Part shown: positions 34,969-47,280 of the stretch, piece after piece
Position numbering within the stretch: the stretch's first letter is position 1
How the letters are laid out: every line of letters starts with the position of its first letter
Source of the DNA: Mustelus asterias
Taxonomy: Eukaryota
Assembly: GCF_964213995.1 (NCBI RefSeq)
Contig: NW_027590147.1
Coordinates: forward strand, 930,001 to 994,000
DNA length: 64,000 nucleotides
Reading direction: 5' to 3'
The notes under the pieces: generated by a model
Databases searched by the model: none
Seen by the model: only the letters and a program-made list of their open reading frames with translations
Told to the model about the DNA's origin: nothing
Program-made: the position numbers and the translations under genes

Positions 34969-35922
34969 TTACTCATGAATTCGCTGGTGGGTCAGCAGGT
35001 CAGATGACTGAGTGAATCCCTTCCCACACTCGGAGCAGATGAACCGCCTCTCGCCAGAGTGAATTCGCTGGTGTCTCAGCAAGTGCGATGAGGTAGTGAA
35101 TCCCTTTCCACACTTGGAGCATGTGAACGGTCTCTCCCCAGTGTGAACAAGCTGATGTGTCAGGAGGTCAGATGATCGAGTGAATCCCTTCCCACATTGG
35201 GAACAGGTAAACGGTTTCTCTTCAGTGTGGCCTCGCTGGTGTGTCAGCAGGTTGGATAACTGAGTGAATCCCTTCCCACAGTCAGAGCAGGTGAACGGCC
35301 TCTCCCCAGTGTGAACTCGCTGGTGTACAATGAGATGAGATGAATGTCTGAACCCAGTCCCACAATGAGAGCACCTGAATGGTTTCTCATCAGTGTGAAC
35401 ACGTTGATGGGACAACAGTTCCCTGGAACTTTTAAAACATTTCCCGCAGTCTGAACAATTAAAAGGTTTCTGGTCAGTGTGAACTTGCTGGTGAGCCAGC
35501 AGATGAGACAAATGAGGGAATTTCTTTCCACATCTGGAGCAGGTAAATGGTTTCTCCCCTGAATGACCTCGCTGGTGTGTCCGTAAGTTGGATGACTGAG
35601 TGAATTTCTTCCCACACTCACAACAGGTGAATGGTCTCTCCCCAGTGTGAACTCGCTGGTGTATCATTAGCTGGGATAAGTGACTGAATCCTTTCCCACA
35701 CTCAGAGCAGCTGATTGGTCTTTCCCCAGTGTGAGCACACTGGTGAGTTTCCAGCTCAGCTGAGGATCTGAATACTGCTGCACATTCCTCACATTTCCAA
35801 GTCATCCCCCCGCTGTGACTGCATTCGTGCTTTGACAGATCAGATGATTGGTTGAAGCCTCGTCCACACACAGAACACGTGTATGGTTTCTCCCCACTGT
35901 GACGAATGCTTTCTCCTTCCAT
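34969..35922 (-). CDS. C2H2 zinc-finger protein, 11 fingers (MEGES, same subfamily as 3404)
   Basis: Intact ORF from ATG 35922. Confidence 0.9.
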   Translation of the reverse strand: MEGESIRHSGEKPYTCSVCGRGFNQSSDLSKHECSHSGGMTWKCEECAAVFRSSAELETHQCAHTGERPISCSECGKGFSHLSQLMIHQRVHTGERPFTCCECGKKFTQSSNLRTHQRGHSGEKPFTCSRCGKKFPHLSHLLAHQQVHTDQKPFNCSDCGKCFKSSRELLSHQRVHTDEKPFRCSHCGTGFRHSSHLIVHQRVHTGERPFTCSDCGKGFTQLSNLLTHQRGHTEEKPFTCSQCGKGFTRSSDLLTHQLVHTGERPFTCSKCGKGFTTSSHLLRHQRIHSGERRFICSECGKGFTQSSDLLTHQRIHE

Positions 35923-37369
35923 GTTCAAAGTCCAGTGATATTCAGGCTATGATATTAAGGGTGACTCCGTCAGATCCTGATGTGATGTTTTGTTTGAGAC
36001 CAGACCGCAAATCGTCCCCTTCTAAAACCCTGTGAAATTGATTTAAAACAGAAAAAAGGGAGTGAGAGAGAACCCACAACAACACAAAGGCAGGTTGTCA
36101 AATTGAGCTGAATGAATCTGGTAATTTCTGGGGCCAGCAGGAGGAAATAGTCACCATGAAGCTGCTGGATTGTCATAAAAACCCAGTTGCTTCTCCACGC
36201 GGACATGGAGAGAATGTGCAAATTCCACATAAAGTCAAATAGAAATATTCAGAATGTCACAAAGACGAGTGAACTGTCCAATTAATCCCATTCACCATCA
36301 CTCTGCCAATTTACCTTCTGCAAGTATTTATCCAATTCCCTTTGAAAGTCACTATCAAACCTGCTTCTAGCACCTGTCAGTTTGTGCATTCCAGATCACA
36401 TCAAATCATTGTGTAAAACAATCTCCTTATCATGCCCTAAAGTTAGGCTGTCAATTATGTTAAATCTCTGTGTCCTCTGCTTACAGACCCTCCTGCTCCT
36501 GGGAAACAGTTCCTCTCCATTGACACTATCATAAATCATTTGTCATTTTAAACATCTCTATTAAATCTCCCCATCATATTCCCTGATCTAAAAACCCACG
36601 TTTTTCCTGTCCTGAAGAATCATATGGACTCAAAATGTTAACTGTTTCTCTCTGAACAGATGCTGCAGGACCTGCCGAGGTTTTCTGCTTTTCTCCCTGA
36701 TTTTCCTTCCATAATCAATCAGAAACCCTTCATGATTTTGAACATCTTGATTAAATAGGAACACACAAAACCTGAGAAAGATACAGAGGAAAGGAGAGAC
36801 AGAAAGACTGAGAGAAAAATTGAGAGAGATTTTAAAAAGCAGAAAGATGAGGTTGTCAAAGATAAAAGCTGAGAAACAGGAAACAAGCAACACACAATGA
36901 TATAAAATATAAGGGAGCAGGCTATCAGTTCCCGGCTATGGGGATCAGAGCGAACTCTGACTGATCCACAAACACAGCCAGTTATATCTGGGAATGGAAA
37001 CTCTGAACAGAAATAATAGGCTCATTTGTAAATGTCACCGCAATGTGATCAGTGTGACTCTGCCCTGACTCTGTGGACAGATAAAGGCCGCATTGACAGA
37101 TGTTCTCACCAGATTGTGGTCCCTGGATTTATTTTCTGCTCAGAAGTGAGATGTGAGGTTTGGAACCGGCAGCAGAGAAACAGAAAGTTGTGTTACCTGA
37201 GAATGAAACAGCCGGCGTCAGTTTGATGTTATCACAGTGAACAGTCTTCCTGCCTGTGAGGGTGAACTCACTCTGACAGCATCAAGAACAACCACACAGA
37301 TTGCTACTGGTCTCAGCATTACATTCACCTCCATTCCCATGTTAAACAATAAATATGCATTCTCTCTAC

Positions 37370-38270
37370 TTTCTGACAGCGAATCTTCTATCAGAAGCAG
37401 TGCAGGGGGTAATATGTTACCCCCTGCACTACTAGCTTTTGTTTTCCATGATAACCTTTGATGTGGCACCTTATCACATGTTTTCTGGAATTCAATTCAG
37501 CAGATCCACAGGTTCCCTTCTATCCACACGTTACTTCTTCAAAGAACTCCAATTGGTTAAACACAATCTCATTAAACCATGCTAACTCTTCCTGATTACC
37601 TTGAGTTTTTCCAAAGTGGCCAGCTATAACCTCTTTAATGATTGATTCTAACATCTTCCCCACAACAGATGTCTATCAAACTGGCCTAAATTTCCTGTCT
37701 TATGCCACCATCCATTCTTGAATTAGAGGGCTTATATTTGCTACTTTCCAGTCTGATGGAACCTCTCCAGAATCTAGGGAACTTTGGAAAATTAACACCA
37801 ACAAATCTACTGTCACTATCTCATTAACCACCTTCTTAAGATGCTAGGATGAATTCCATCGTGACCCAGAGACTTGTCAGCTGCAGCTCAGTACAGCTTC
37901 CCACGTCATTGTAATTTCTCCTAGTTCCTCTCTCCCTTCCACCTCCTGATTTACAGCTAGGACTGGCTGGGTTTGTATTTTCTATAGTTTATTTCATTGG
38001 CCATTTATTATCTACTATTACTCCCCATTCTCATTTTCTTGAGAGCCAACACTCACCTTATTCCTCTTTTCCTTTTCGAATACCTATAGAAACTCTTGCT
38101 ATTCATTTTTACATTAACAGCTAACTTCCTCTCATACTCTAATGTTTTTCTTCCAATTAACCTTTTAGTCATTCTCTACTGTTCTTTATATTCCAGCCAA
38201 TCATCTGACCTGCCACTCACCTCTGTGTAGCTATATGCTTTTCCCTTAAGTTTGATGCTTTGAGGAAGAA
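37370..38270 (-). mobile_element. Old CR1 ORF2 fragment
   Basis: KVPHQRLSWK near 37470 and degenerate RT-upstream sequence. Confidence 0.6.
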
Positions 38271-38904
38271 GGAGACAGGGAGATGGAGAGCCCTTCAAAA
38301 GGAACTGTTTAAAAATAATAATAATTCGTGGGGTGTGGGCATTGCTGGCAAGGCCAGCATTTTTTGCCCAATTTTTGAGATTCCCGTCTGAGCTGTAAAC
38401 CTTTGGATTAAATCCCACCATCAACAAATTATTTCCCAGCTGAATGTGAAAATTGACTCAGTCATCCCATTTACCGATAGAACAGCAGAATTACACCAGA
38501 GGAAGACCACTCAAACACTTAACGTTCGCAAAGGGATTTCCTCAGTGGTTAACACTCTATAACTTTAAAAGCTCAAAGCATTTTAACTACCCCTCTTATT
38601 GGCGAGGGATAGTTTAACTGTTCTGTCTAAGAAGGCACAAATCACTTGTTCACCCCAGCGAGTTCACATCTAAATGCAGGTGATTGTTATGTTGTCAATC
38701 ACACCCAGGACAGAAATGTGCTGGAAGGCCTATGCTGCTTAGTTGCCAAATGAATTGAAGTAACACATTTGAACCTTGGCCCAATGGTACCAATCATAAT
38801 CAGATCGCAAATCGTATTTTCTATTGAACAATATGGGTTTGAATGGTGAGGTGATTACCCAACATTCTCTGCGGGTGAGACTGTGCCCTATCCACATTAC
38901 TGCA

Positions 38905-39225
38905 ATTATTGCGCAAGCGCAGGACCTGGCTCTGACTGGAGCATGCGCAGGCCGGGCTGTGACTGGAGCTGCGAGGAGCCGGAAAGAAACAATGGAGTGA
39001 GGTTCAGTAATGGAGCCGCTGGGTGACCGGGGAGGGATAGAAGCAGCGGAGTGGGCTGGGAGGCTTCATAAATACCTAATGGATGCCTCAATTCAGATAA
39101 TATGTTCCCGGTATCGCTTCAATCGGTACAGAACAGAGTCGGAGCTGAGCGGCTCCAGGCCCGGGTTACCGGCCGCCATCTTTACAGGAACAATGTGCAG
39201 CAGGGCGCATGCGCTATGAGCCTGG
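38905..39225. promoter_or_regulatory. CpG-island promoter between the ZNFs at 35922(-) and 42623(+)
   Basis: GCATGCGCAG, CCGGAA, GGCCGCCATCTTT (YY1), GCGCATGCGC (NRF1). Confidence 0.65.
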
Positions 39226-40734
39226 ACCAGTTACCAACTCTCCCGGATTGGACTGGAGTCTCCAGGAATTTTTTATTTGTCCAGGGAATGTGGGAATTGC
39301 TGACTAGGCCAGCATTTATTGTCTATCCCTAATTGTCCTTCAACTGAGTGGTTTGCTTGGCCATCTCAGGGCATTTTAAGAGTCAACCACATTGCTCTTG
39401 ATATATAGTTAGACCAGACCGGGTAAGGATGGCAGATATTTTTTCCGAATTCATTCACACTGTGGGTGTCCCTGGCTGGGCCAGCATTCATCACCCATTC
39501 CTATTTGTCCTTGAACTAAGTTTCAGAGGACATTTTAAGAGTCAACCACATTGCTGTGGATCTGGAGTCACATATAAGCCAGACCAGGTAAGGAGAGCAG
39601 ATTTCCTTCCCTCAAAGACATTAGTGAACTAGATGGGCTTTTACAACAACGAACAATGGTTTCATGGTCATCAGTAGGCTTTTAGTTCCAGATTTTAATT
39701 ATATTCAAAATTCACCGTACCATAGGATCATAGAATCCCCGCAGTGCAGAAGGAAGCCATTTGGCCCACCATCCAGCCCTATCCCTGTAACCCTGTACAT
39801 TTAGCATGGCTAGTCCACCTAACCGACACATCTTTGGACTGTGGGATTCAAACCTGCATCTCTGGAAAATTGTCTGGACATTAAAAAAGATACTTTTTTG
39901 TAATTTTTTTGGAATATTTCTCTTCACTGGATATTAAAATATTGACAATAGATAAAAGTTGTTTGGTTGACCATCAATCGTCCTGTAACGTGATGAGTCT
40001 TTTTGCTTTCCAATTGGCCGAGGAAGGCAGTGTGGAATGAGGTTGGAGGATGGGGGCAACATAAAAGATGTGATAAAACCTCCAGGAATACATTTAATCA
40101 CAGTTGGCGATTATGGAGTAGAGAATCTTGTGAATTTCTATTCTGGACAGACAGTGATGGTTTCTGTAAATTTACAGGGTGCTGGAAATGGAGAATTGAC
40201 AGACGCGAAACACAAATCAAACATCACATCGTGATCTGATGGAGTCACTTGAAAAAATCAGGACCTGGATATCAGCAGCTTCTGAATGTGGAAGGTAACA
40301 GGTTTGTCGATTCTGTCTGAGAGAGAAGATTTCAGGTCTCAGTGTGACTGGAAAAGCCCTGAGATTCACAAATCCTGAAGAACTGTGCTTGGTTCTGAGC
40401 AACATACCTTAGCAAGGACAGAATGGCCTTGGAGGGAGTGTGGCACAGATTTTCCTGAGTGATATTTGAACTCCACAGGTAAAATTACAATGTGAGATTA
40501 CAGGAAGTTGTTTTAGCACAGAGGAGGCCATTTGGCCCATTGAGTCCATGCCATCTGTCTAGGGCAATCCAGTCCCATTCTATCCTCATATCTTTGCAGA
40601 TTTCTTTTCCTCCAATGTCTATCTAATTTCTTTTTGAAATTATTCATCATGTCCATTTCCACCCCAATCATGGGCAGCAAGTTTTGGGTCATTAACACTC
40701 ACTGTCTAAAAACACTCTTCCTCACATCTCCTGT

Positions 40735-41474
40735 ACTAAAGAACAAAACAAAGAACAAAGAAAATTACAGCACAGGAACAGACCCTTTGGCCCTCCAAGC
40801 CTGCACCACCTTGCTGCCTGACTGAATTAAAACCCCCTACCCTTCCAAGGACCATATCCCTCTATTCCCATCCTATTCATGTATTTGTCAAGACGCCCCT
40901 TAAAAGTCACTATCGTATCTGCTTCCACTACCTCACCCAGCAGAGAGTTCCAAGCACCCACCACCCTCTGTGTAAAAAAACTTGCCTTGTACATCTCCTT
41001 TAAAACTTGCCCGTCGCACCTTAAACCTGTGCCCCTAATAATTGACTCTTCTACCTTGGGAAAAAGCTTCTGATTATCCACTGTATCCATGCCCCTCATA
41101 ATCTTGTTGACTTGTATCAGGTCTCTGTCGTTCCAGTGAGAATAAGGCAAGTTTCTCCAACCTCTCCTTATAGCTAACCAGGAAACATCCTGGTAAATTT
41201 TTCTGTACCCTCTCCAAAGCCTCCACATCCTTCTGGTAGTGTGGTGATGAGAATTGAACACTATATTCCAAGTGTGGCCTAACTAAGGTTCTACATAGCT
41301 ACAATATTACTTGCCAATTTTTAATCTCAATGCCCCAGCCAATGAAGACAAGCATGCCGTATGCCTTCTTGACTACCTTCTCCACCTGCGTTGCCACTTT
41401 CAGTGACCTGTGTGCCTGTACACCCAGATCCCTCTGCCTATCAATACTCTTCAGGGTTCTGCCATTTACTGTAT
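40735..41474 (-). mobile_element. CR1 3' fragment (same subfamily as 52693-54810)
   Basis: (AAAGAAC)n tail; YTVNGRTLKSIDRQRDLGVQ, PHYQKDVEALERVQ. Confidence 0.85.
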
Positions 41475-41565
41475 AGAAGCATTTGAGTTGATGTAACATT
41501 GAGATTCGCAAAATGTTGAGCAATCATGTAGACTTTGCTCACGTTTAATGAGAAAGATCCAACAG

Positions 41566-41632
41566 TGTTTCGGCCCGATTTCGAACCAGGCACCTTTCGC
41601 GTGTGAAGCGAACGTGATAACACGACAGAAAC
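41566..41632 (-). pseudogene. tRNA-Val(CAC) pseudogene
   Basis: Minus strand GTTTCTGTCGTG-TTATCACGTTCGCTTCACACGCGAAAGGTGCCTGGTTCGAAATCGGGCCGAAACA matches vertebrate tRNA-Val-CAC, with an about 6-nt D-arm deletion. Confidence 0.85.
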
Positions 41633-42622
41633 AACTGTTTACATACAAATTAGGAGCAGCAGTCGGCCACTCGGCCCCACTCTCCCATTCAGTAAGATTG
41701 TGGCTGATCTCATTTTAATCTCAACTTCACGTTCCTGCCTACTCCCGATAACCTTCCACCTCCTTGCTTATCAAGAATCTATCCAGCTCTGCTGTAAGAT
41801 ATTCAAGGACTCTGCCTCAATCTCCTTTGCAGGAAGAATGTTCCAAAGTCTCACAATCCTTTGAGAAAAAAATCCTCATCTCTAATTTAGACGGGTGACC
41901 CCTTACTTTGTGGTGCCGAGTTTAAAATTCTCCCACAAGAGGAAATGTCCTTTCCACATCCACCCTGTCAAGTCCCCTCAGGATCTTATATGGTTCAATC
42001 AAGGTTTTACCCAAAACCTTAAATCTGTCCCCCTGGTCCTTGTACGATCAGCAAATGGAAACAGATTTTCTTTATCCACCTGATCGAAACCTGTCAGAAT
42101 CTTGTGTACCTGAATCAAATCTCCCCTCAACCTCCTTTACTGGAACCATTCTGGTAAATCTCCTCTGCACCTTCTCAAGGATCTTTATATCCTTCCTGAA
42201 GAGCGGTGACCAGAGCTTTATAAATATTCAGAATAACTTCCCTGTTTATATACCAATATCACACTTTATGAAGCTCGGGATCAAATTTGCTTTGCTAATT
42301 ACTCTCTTAATATGTCTTGTAGAAATACAAAATCCCTCTCCTTCACCTCTTTCTCTCTCCTCCCAGAGAGGCCAGTTGGGTTTTTGTGACAATCCGGCAG
42401 TTTTCATGGTCAATGTTTCTCAGCGCCGGTCCCACAAATTCCCAGATTCATTCAGATCAATTTGACAAGCTGCCTGTGTGTTTCTGTGGGCTCTCTCTCT
42501 CTCACTCCTTTTTTTCCTGTTTTAAATCAGTTTTACAGGGTGTTAGAAGTGGAGAGTTTGCAGTTGGGAAGCTGACGGAGTGGCTCAATTTATCGTAACT
42601 TTGATATCATCAGATTTGGAAC

Positions 42623-43713
42623 ATGGAAGGAAAAAGCCCATTTCACAGTGGGGAGAATCCGTACACGTGTTGTGTGTGTGGACACGGCTTCAGACAATCA
42701 TCTGACCTGTGGAGACACAATTGCAGTCACACTGAGGAGAAACTGTGGAAATGTGGTGACTGTGGGAAGGGGTTCATTTCCCCATCCAAGCTGGAAATGC
42801 ATTGGCGCAGTCACACTGGGGAGAGGCCATTTACCTGCCCCACATGTGGGAAGGGATTCACTCAGTCATCCTCTCTGTTCACACACCAGCGAGTTCACTC
42901 CAGCGAGAGACCATTCACCTGCTCCGAGTGTGGGAAGGGATTCACTATTTCAGCCCACCTGCTGAGTCACCAGCGAGTTCACACTGAGGAGAGACCTTTC
43001 AAATGTCCAGACTGTGGAAAGTGCTATAAAAGTTCTGGGGAGCTGATGAGAGACCGTTCCGGTGCTCTCACTGTGGGACTGGGTTCAGACGATCATCTGA
43101 CCTCACTGTTCACCAGCGAGTTCACTCTGGGGAGAGACCGTTCACCTGCTCTGAGTGTGGGAAGGGATTCATTCAGTCATCTGACCTGCTGAAACACCAG
43201 CGAGTTCACACTGGGGAGAGGCCATTTATCTGCTCTGAATGTGGGAAGGGATTCACTACCTCATCGATCCTGCTGACACACCAGCGAGTTCACACAGACA
43301 AGAAACCTTTTAAATGTCCAAACTGTGAGAAATGCTACAAAACCTCTGAGAAACTGATGTCCCATCAACGTGTTCACACTGACGAGAGACCTTTCAGATG
43401 CTCTCACTGTGGGACTGGGTTCAGACAATCAACTCAACTAACTGCACACCAGCGAGTTCACACTGACGAGAGACCTTTTAAATGCCCAGACTGTGAGAAG
43501 TGCTATAAACGTTCTGGGGAACTGACGCGACATCAACGTGTTCACACTGATTCAGGTGCTCTCACTGTGGACTGGTGCGATCTTGTGCGATCTTCTCAAC
43601 TCTCTGTACACCAACGAATTCACACTGGGGAGAGACCATTCACCTGCTCTGAGTGTGGGAATGAATGTACGACTTCATCCCACCTGCTGAGACTCCAGTG
43701 AGTTCACAAGTAA
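42623..43713 (+). pseudogene. Frameshifted C2H2 ZNF (MEGKS subfamily); 5 intact fingers, then deletions and frameshifts
   Basis: Frame lost at [10 protein letters not shown] through a deletion; fingers resume in other frames to about 43710. Confidence 0.8.
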
Positions 43714-43924
43714 CCACAGTGATTGGATGTTGCTGTTCCTCACATTCAGGATTGAACCATCTTCATTAGGGTCCGTTTACACTGGTAATAAACCCCAGCC
43801 ACTTTAGGGGCTAATATTCTCACTAAAAGTCAAATAAATCAGCTTTGCGTCAAACTCACACACTGTGTTGACTCTTTTTAATATCTCAAACATAATAACA
43901 GATAACACATACATGGCTACACTC

Positions 43925-44460
43925 CTCACTGTGAATCCTTCGATCTTTTCCAGACTGTGTAACTGGTTAAAGCTCTTTCCACAGTCAGTTCACTGGAATA
44001 CTCTCACTCGAGTGAATGTGTCTCAGTGATTTTCCAGTCACACTGATGTTTAAACAGTTTGAAGGGACAGACAAACATTTTCCATTCTAGTTTCAAATGC
44101 CGATGGTATTCAGATCCTGAATAATTGGGTGACTCTGTCAGATCCTAACGTCATGTTTGTTGAGATTTGTGTCTGTAAATTCTCCCCTTCTAATAACCTG
44201 TGAAAGAAATTCACAAAAATCATTGCTGTCAGTACAGGATAAAAACTCAGAACAGACAATTCTAGTTTCTGTGGAACATTCTTTCCTCTCATTCTTGAAA
44301 ATTTGTAAATCTCCATCCCAAACACTCTCCCTCCATTCTCACTTTGCTGGACCTGAAATAGACATTGTCCTGAGGGTGCTGATTCATCCTAATCGACAGA
44401 TCCGTGCTGACTGTTTCATGTACAGGACACATATTCCTGAAATCTTCACACAGGCTCGTG
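43925..44460 (-). pseudogene. Orphan ZNF 5' module (intron, acceptor, one degenerate finger) without a finger array
   Basis: Reverse complement of the conserved [15 protein letters not shown] block and acceptor module; ends against the 3' end of the 42623 locus. Confidence 0.65.
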
Positions 44461-44867
44461 TCTAAGCATATCAAAAATTTGCATATTTAGTGAAGTAAAA
44501 ATGTATGCAATATTCAGCACTCTATTACATTATTAGAGATACAGATGGGTGCGGAAGAACTTGACTTAGGGAGCAAGCAATCATGTTCTGGAACTCACTG
44601 ACGATGAGAGTGGTGGAAGTGGAGACGACCAGTGATTTCAAAATAAAATTGGTCGGGCACTTGAAGGAATTAAACATACTGGGGAACAGGGATATCGAGG
44701 AAAAATGGCACTGAGTGGATTCCCCGACAGAGACTTGGCACGGACTCAAGTTGCTGAATTGATTTATCTTGTGCTCTGATGACTCTTTGACTGGAAAATA
44801 TACAGTGTAGTTACAACATCAACTGTAATACAAATCCATAAATAACATACCTATTATGCACCATATA

Positions 44868-45068
44868 GTAAGAAGTATCACAACACCAGGTTAAAGTCCA
44901 ACAGGTTTATTTGGAATCACAAGCTTTCAGAGTGCTGCCCCTTCATCAGGTGAGAAGGAGCAGCGCTCTGAAAGCTCGTGATTCCAAATAAACCCGTTGG
45001 ATTTTAACCAGGTGTAGTGAGCCTTCTTACTGTGCCCACCCCAGTCCAACACCGGCATCTCCACATCA
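44868..45068. mobile_element. Palindromic Penelope-like element with a 13-bp target-site duplication
   Basis: About 80-bp inverted arms; TATGCACCATATA at 44855-44867 and 45069-45081. Confidence 0.8.
44918..44952 (-). ncRNA. Minimal type I hammerhead ribozyme motif
   Basis: cac-CUGAUGA-aggggcagcacucu-GAAA-gc-UU-gug. Confidence 0.55.
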
Positions 45069-45429
45069 TATGCACCATATAACAACACCAGACATATTAA
45101 TGTTGTTATGATCCTCATGGTCACCTTATAATAAGCAAATTCCCACAAATCACAATGGAATAAACTGAAAGACAATGTTTCATTTTTTTAAAAATTTACT
45201 TTAAAAATTAATCTAAAATTAACATCACTGATCATGCATTAAAAAACAGTATTTGAATAGACAAGATAAATTACACTTTAAAAAGCTCAGACAATAAAAA
45301 CAGGTTCCACAAAATCACAAACCCCCTCAGTATATTTAGCTCTAATTCCAGTTCCAGAGAATTTCTCTGTCTCTGTATTTCCCAGGGGGAGAAAGAAAGT
45401 GTTTTCCTCACAGATGTTGTCCAGAGGAT

Positions 45430-45620
45430 GAAGTTTGAGTCTGTGTGTGAAGTTTGAGTCTGTGTGTGAAGTTTGAGTCTGTGGTGAAGTTTGAGTCTGT
45501 GTGTGAAGTTTGAGTCTGTGTGTGAAGTTTGAGTCTGTGTGTGAAGTTTGAGTCTGTGGTGAAGTTTGAGTCTGTGTGTGAAGTTTGAGTCTGTGTGTGA
45601 AGTTTGAGTCTGTGGTGAAG
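45430..45620. repeat. Minisatellite, 10 units of 18-19 bp
   Basis: GAAGTTTGAGTCTGTGTGT (x7) and GAAGTTTGAGTCTGTGGT (x3). Confidence 0.95.
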
Positions 45621-45699
45621 CTACAAACAGAAGCTGTTCTGTTTCAAATCAAACTGCGGGACTTGGAAGAAAATGATGGGAAGAGATTTTGCAAAGTCC

Positions 45700-46130
45700 C
45701 CTCCCCCACTCCCTCAGCTGGCAGCCCAGCGCGCAGGCGCAGAGAGCGCTGAGCCCAGCTGTCCGGAGCAGACGCAGAGAGCGCTGCTGAGCCGAGCTGT
45801 CCGGAGCAGGCGCAGTGCGGCTGCCGCCAGCGGTCCGCTCTCGATCTCTTTTTGGAGCAGCAGCCGCCGGAGAGAGAGGGGGGAGGGGGAGATCACCGAG
45901 CGGCTTCTCGCTCTGGCCGGAGCCGTCAGCCGGTTGCCTGGAAACCTCGGCTGGAGGAGGTGCAGGGGATGGGGAACAATGGGTGGGGGCGGGGGTGGGG
46001 GCGGGGCTCCCGGGTCCGCGAGCCGGGCCTGCGCCATGGAACCCCGCAACGTCACTGCGGAGCCGAGGAATTCCTATTGGCTGATTCAGGCAGCGCTCCA
46101 TTGTGACGTCTCAATGCGGAAGTTGGCCAC
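45700..46130. promoter_or_regulatory. CpG-island promoter with tandem GC boxes
   Basis: GGGGCGGGG x2, ACGTCA, ATTGG, TGACGTC; 45970-46115 is the reverse-complement homolog of 22115-22240. Confidence 0.75.
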
Positions 46131-46377
46131 TGAGCTTCAGATTAAAGCTTCCACTTGGATTTGAAAAGACTTCGGCCATCAGTGAGTGGAAAAGCATCAA
46201 CACACTGCCACACCCGAGTGAGAGTGTTCCAGTGCACTGACTAAAGAGCTTTAACCAGTTACACAGCCTGAATAACTATCACACCATTCACAGCGGGAGA
46301 GACGGTACCCGTGTTCTGTGTGTGGACAAGGCTTCAACTGATTGGCCACCCAAGGGAGAGGCAAGGACACCTGCACC

Positions 46378-47280
46378 ATGGAGAAACCATGGAAATGTGC
46401 GGACTGTGGGAAGAGATACAGAGCCCCCTCTCTGCTGGATGCTCATCGGCGCAGCCACACTGGGGAGCGGCCATTCATCTGCTCTCAGTGTGGGGAGGGA
46501 TTCGCTCTGTTGCCCAGCCTGCAGTCACACAAGCGAGTTCACACCGGAGAGAGACCGTTCACCTGCTCTCAGTGTGGAAAGGGATTCACTGTGTTATCCA
46601 CTTTGCAGAGACACCAGCGAATTCACACTGGGGAGAGGCTGTTTATCTGCTCTCGGTGTGGGAAGGGGTTCAGTCAGTTTTCCAACCTGCAGATACACCA
46701 GCGAGTTCACACTGGGGAGAGGCCATTCATCTGCTCTCGTTGTGGGAAGAGATTCACTCGGTCATCCGACCTGCGGACACATCAGCACATTCACACCGGG
46801 GAGAGGCCATTCACCTGTTCTCAGTGTGGGAAGGGATTTACTCGTTCATCCGACCTGCGGACACACCAGCGAGTTCACACTGGGGAGAGGCCATTCACCT
46901 GCTCTCAGTGTGGGAAGACATTCATTCGGTCATCCGTCCTGCGGAGACACCAGCGAGTTCACACTGGGGAGAGACCATTTACCTGCTCTCAGTGTGGGAA
47001 GGGTTTCAGTCAGTTATCCACCCAGCAGAAACACCAGCAAATTCACACTGGAGAGAGGCCGTTCACCTGCTCTCAGTGTGGGAAGAGATTCACTCGGTCC
47101 TCCCACCTGCAGAGACACCAGCGAGGTCACACTGAGGAGAGGCCATTCGCCTGCTCTCAGTGTGGGAAAGGTTTCAGTCAGTTATCCAACCTGCAGAGAC
47201 ACCAGCGAATTCACATGGGGAGAGACCATTCACCTGCTCTCAGTGTGGGAAGGAATTCACTCAGTTATCCCACCTGTTGA
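46378..47280 (+). CDS. C2H2 zinc-finger protein, 10 fingers, late frameshift
   Basis: CACCATGG start, [10 protein letters not shown]; frameshift after finger 10 (CACATGGGG). Confidence 0.85.
   Translation: MEKPWKCADCGKRYRAPSLLDAHRRSHTGERPFICSQCGEGFALLPSLQSHKRVHTGERPFTCSQCGKGFTVLSTLQRHQRIHTGERLFICSRCGKGFSQFSNLQIHQRVHTGERPFICSRCGKRFTRSSDLRTHQHIHTGERPFTCSQCGKGFTRSSDLRTHQRVHTGERPFTCSQCGKTFIRSSVLRRHQRVHTGERPFTCSQCGKGFSQLSTQQKHQQIHTGERPFTCSQCGKRFTRSSHLQRHQRGHTEERPFACSQCGKGFSQLSNLQRHQRIHMGRDHSPALSVGRNSLSYPTC

Noticed and set aside
45649-46164. GC-rich ORFs in CpG islands (also at 955-1405, 21812-22394, 7301-7612)
   Set aside because: Low-complexity products expected from stop-poor GC-rich DNA; no domain signal.
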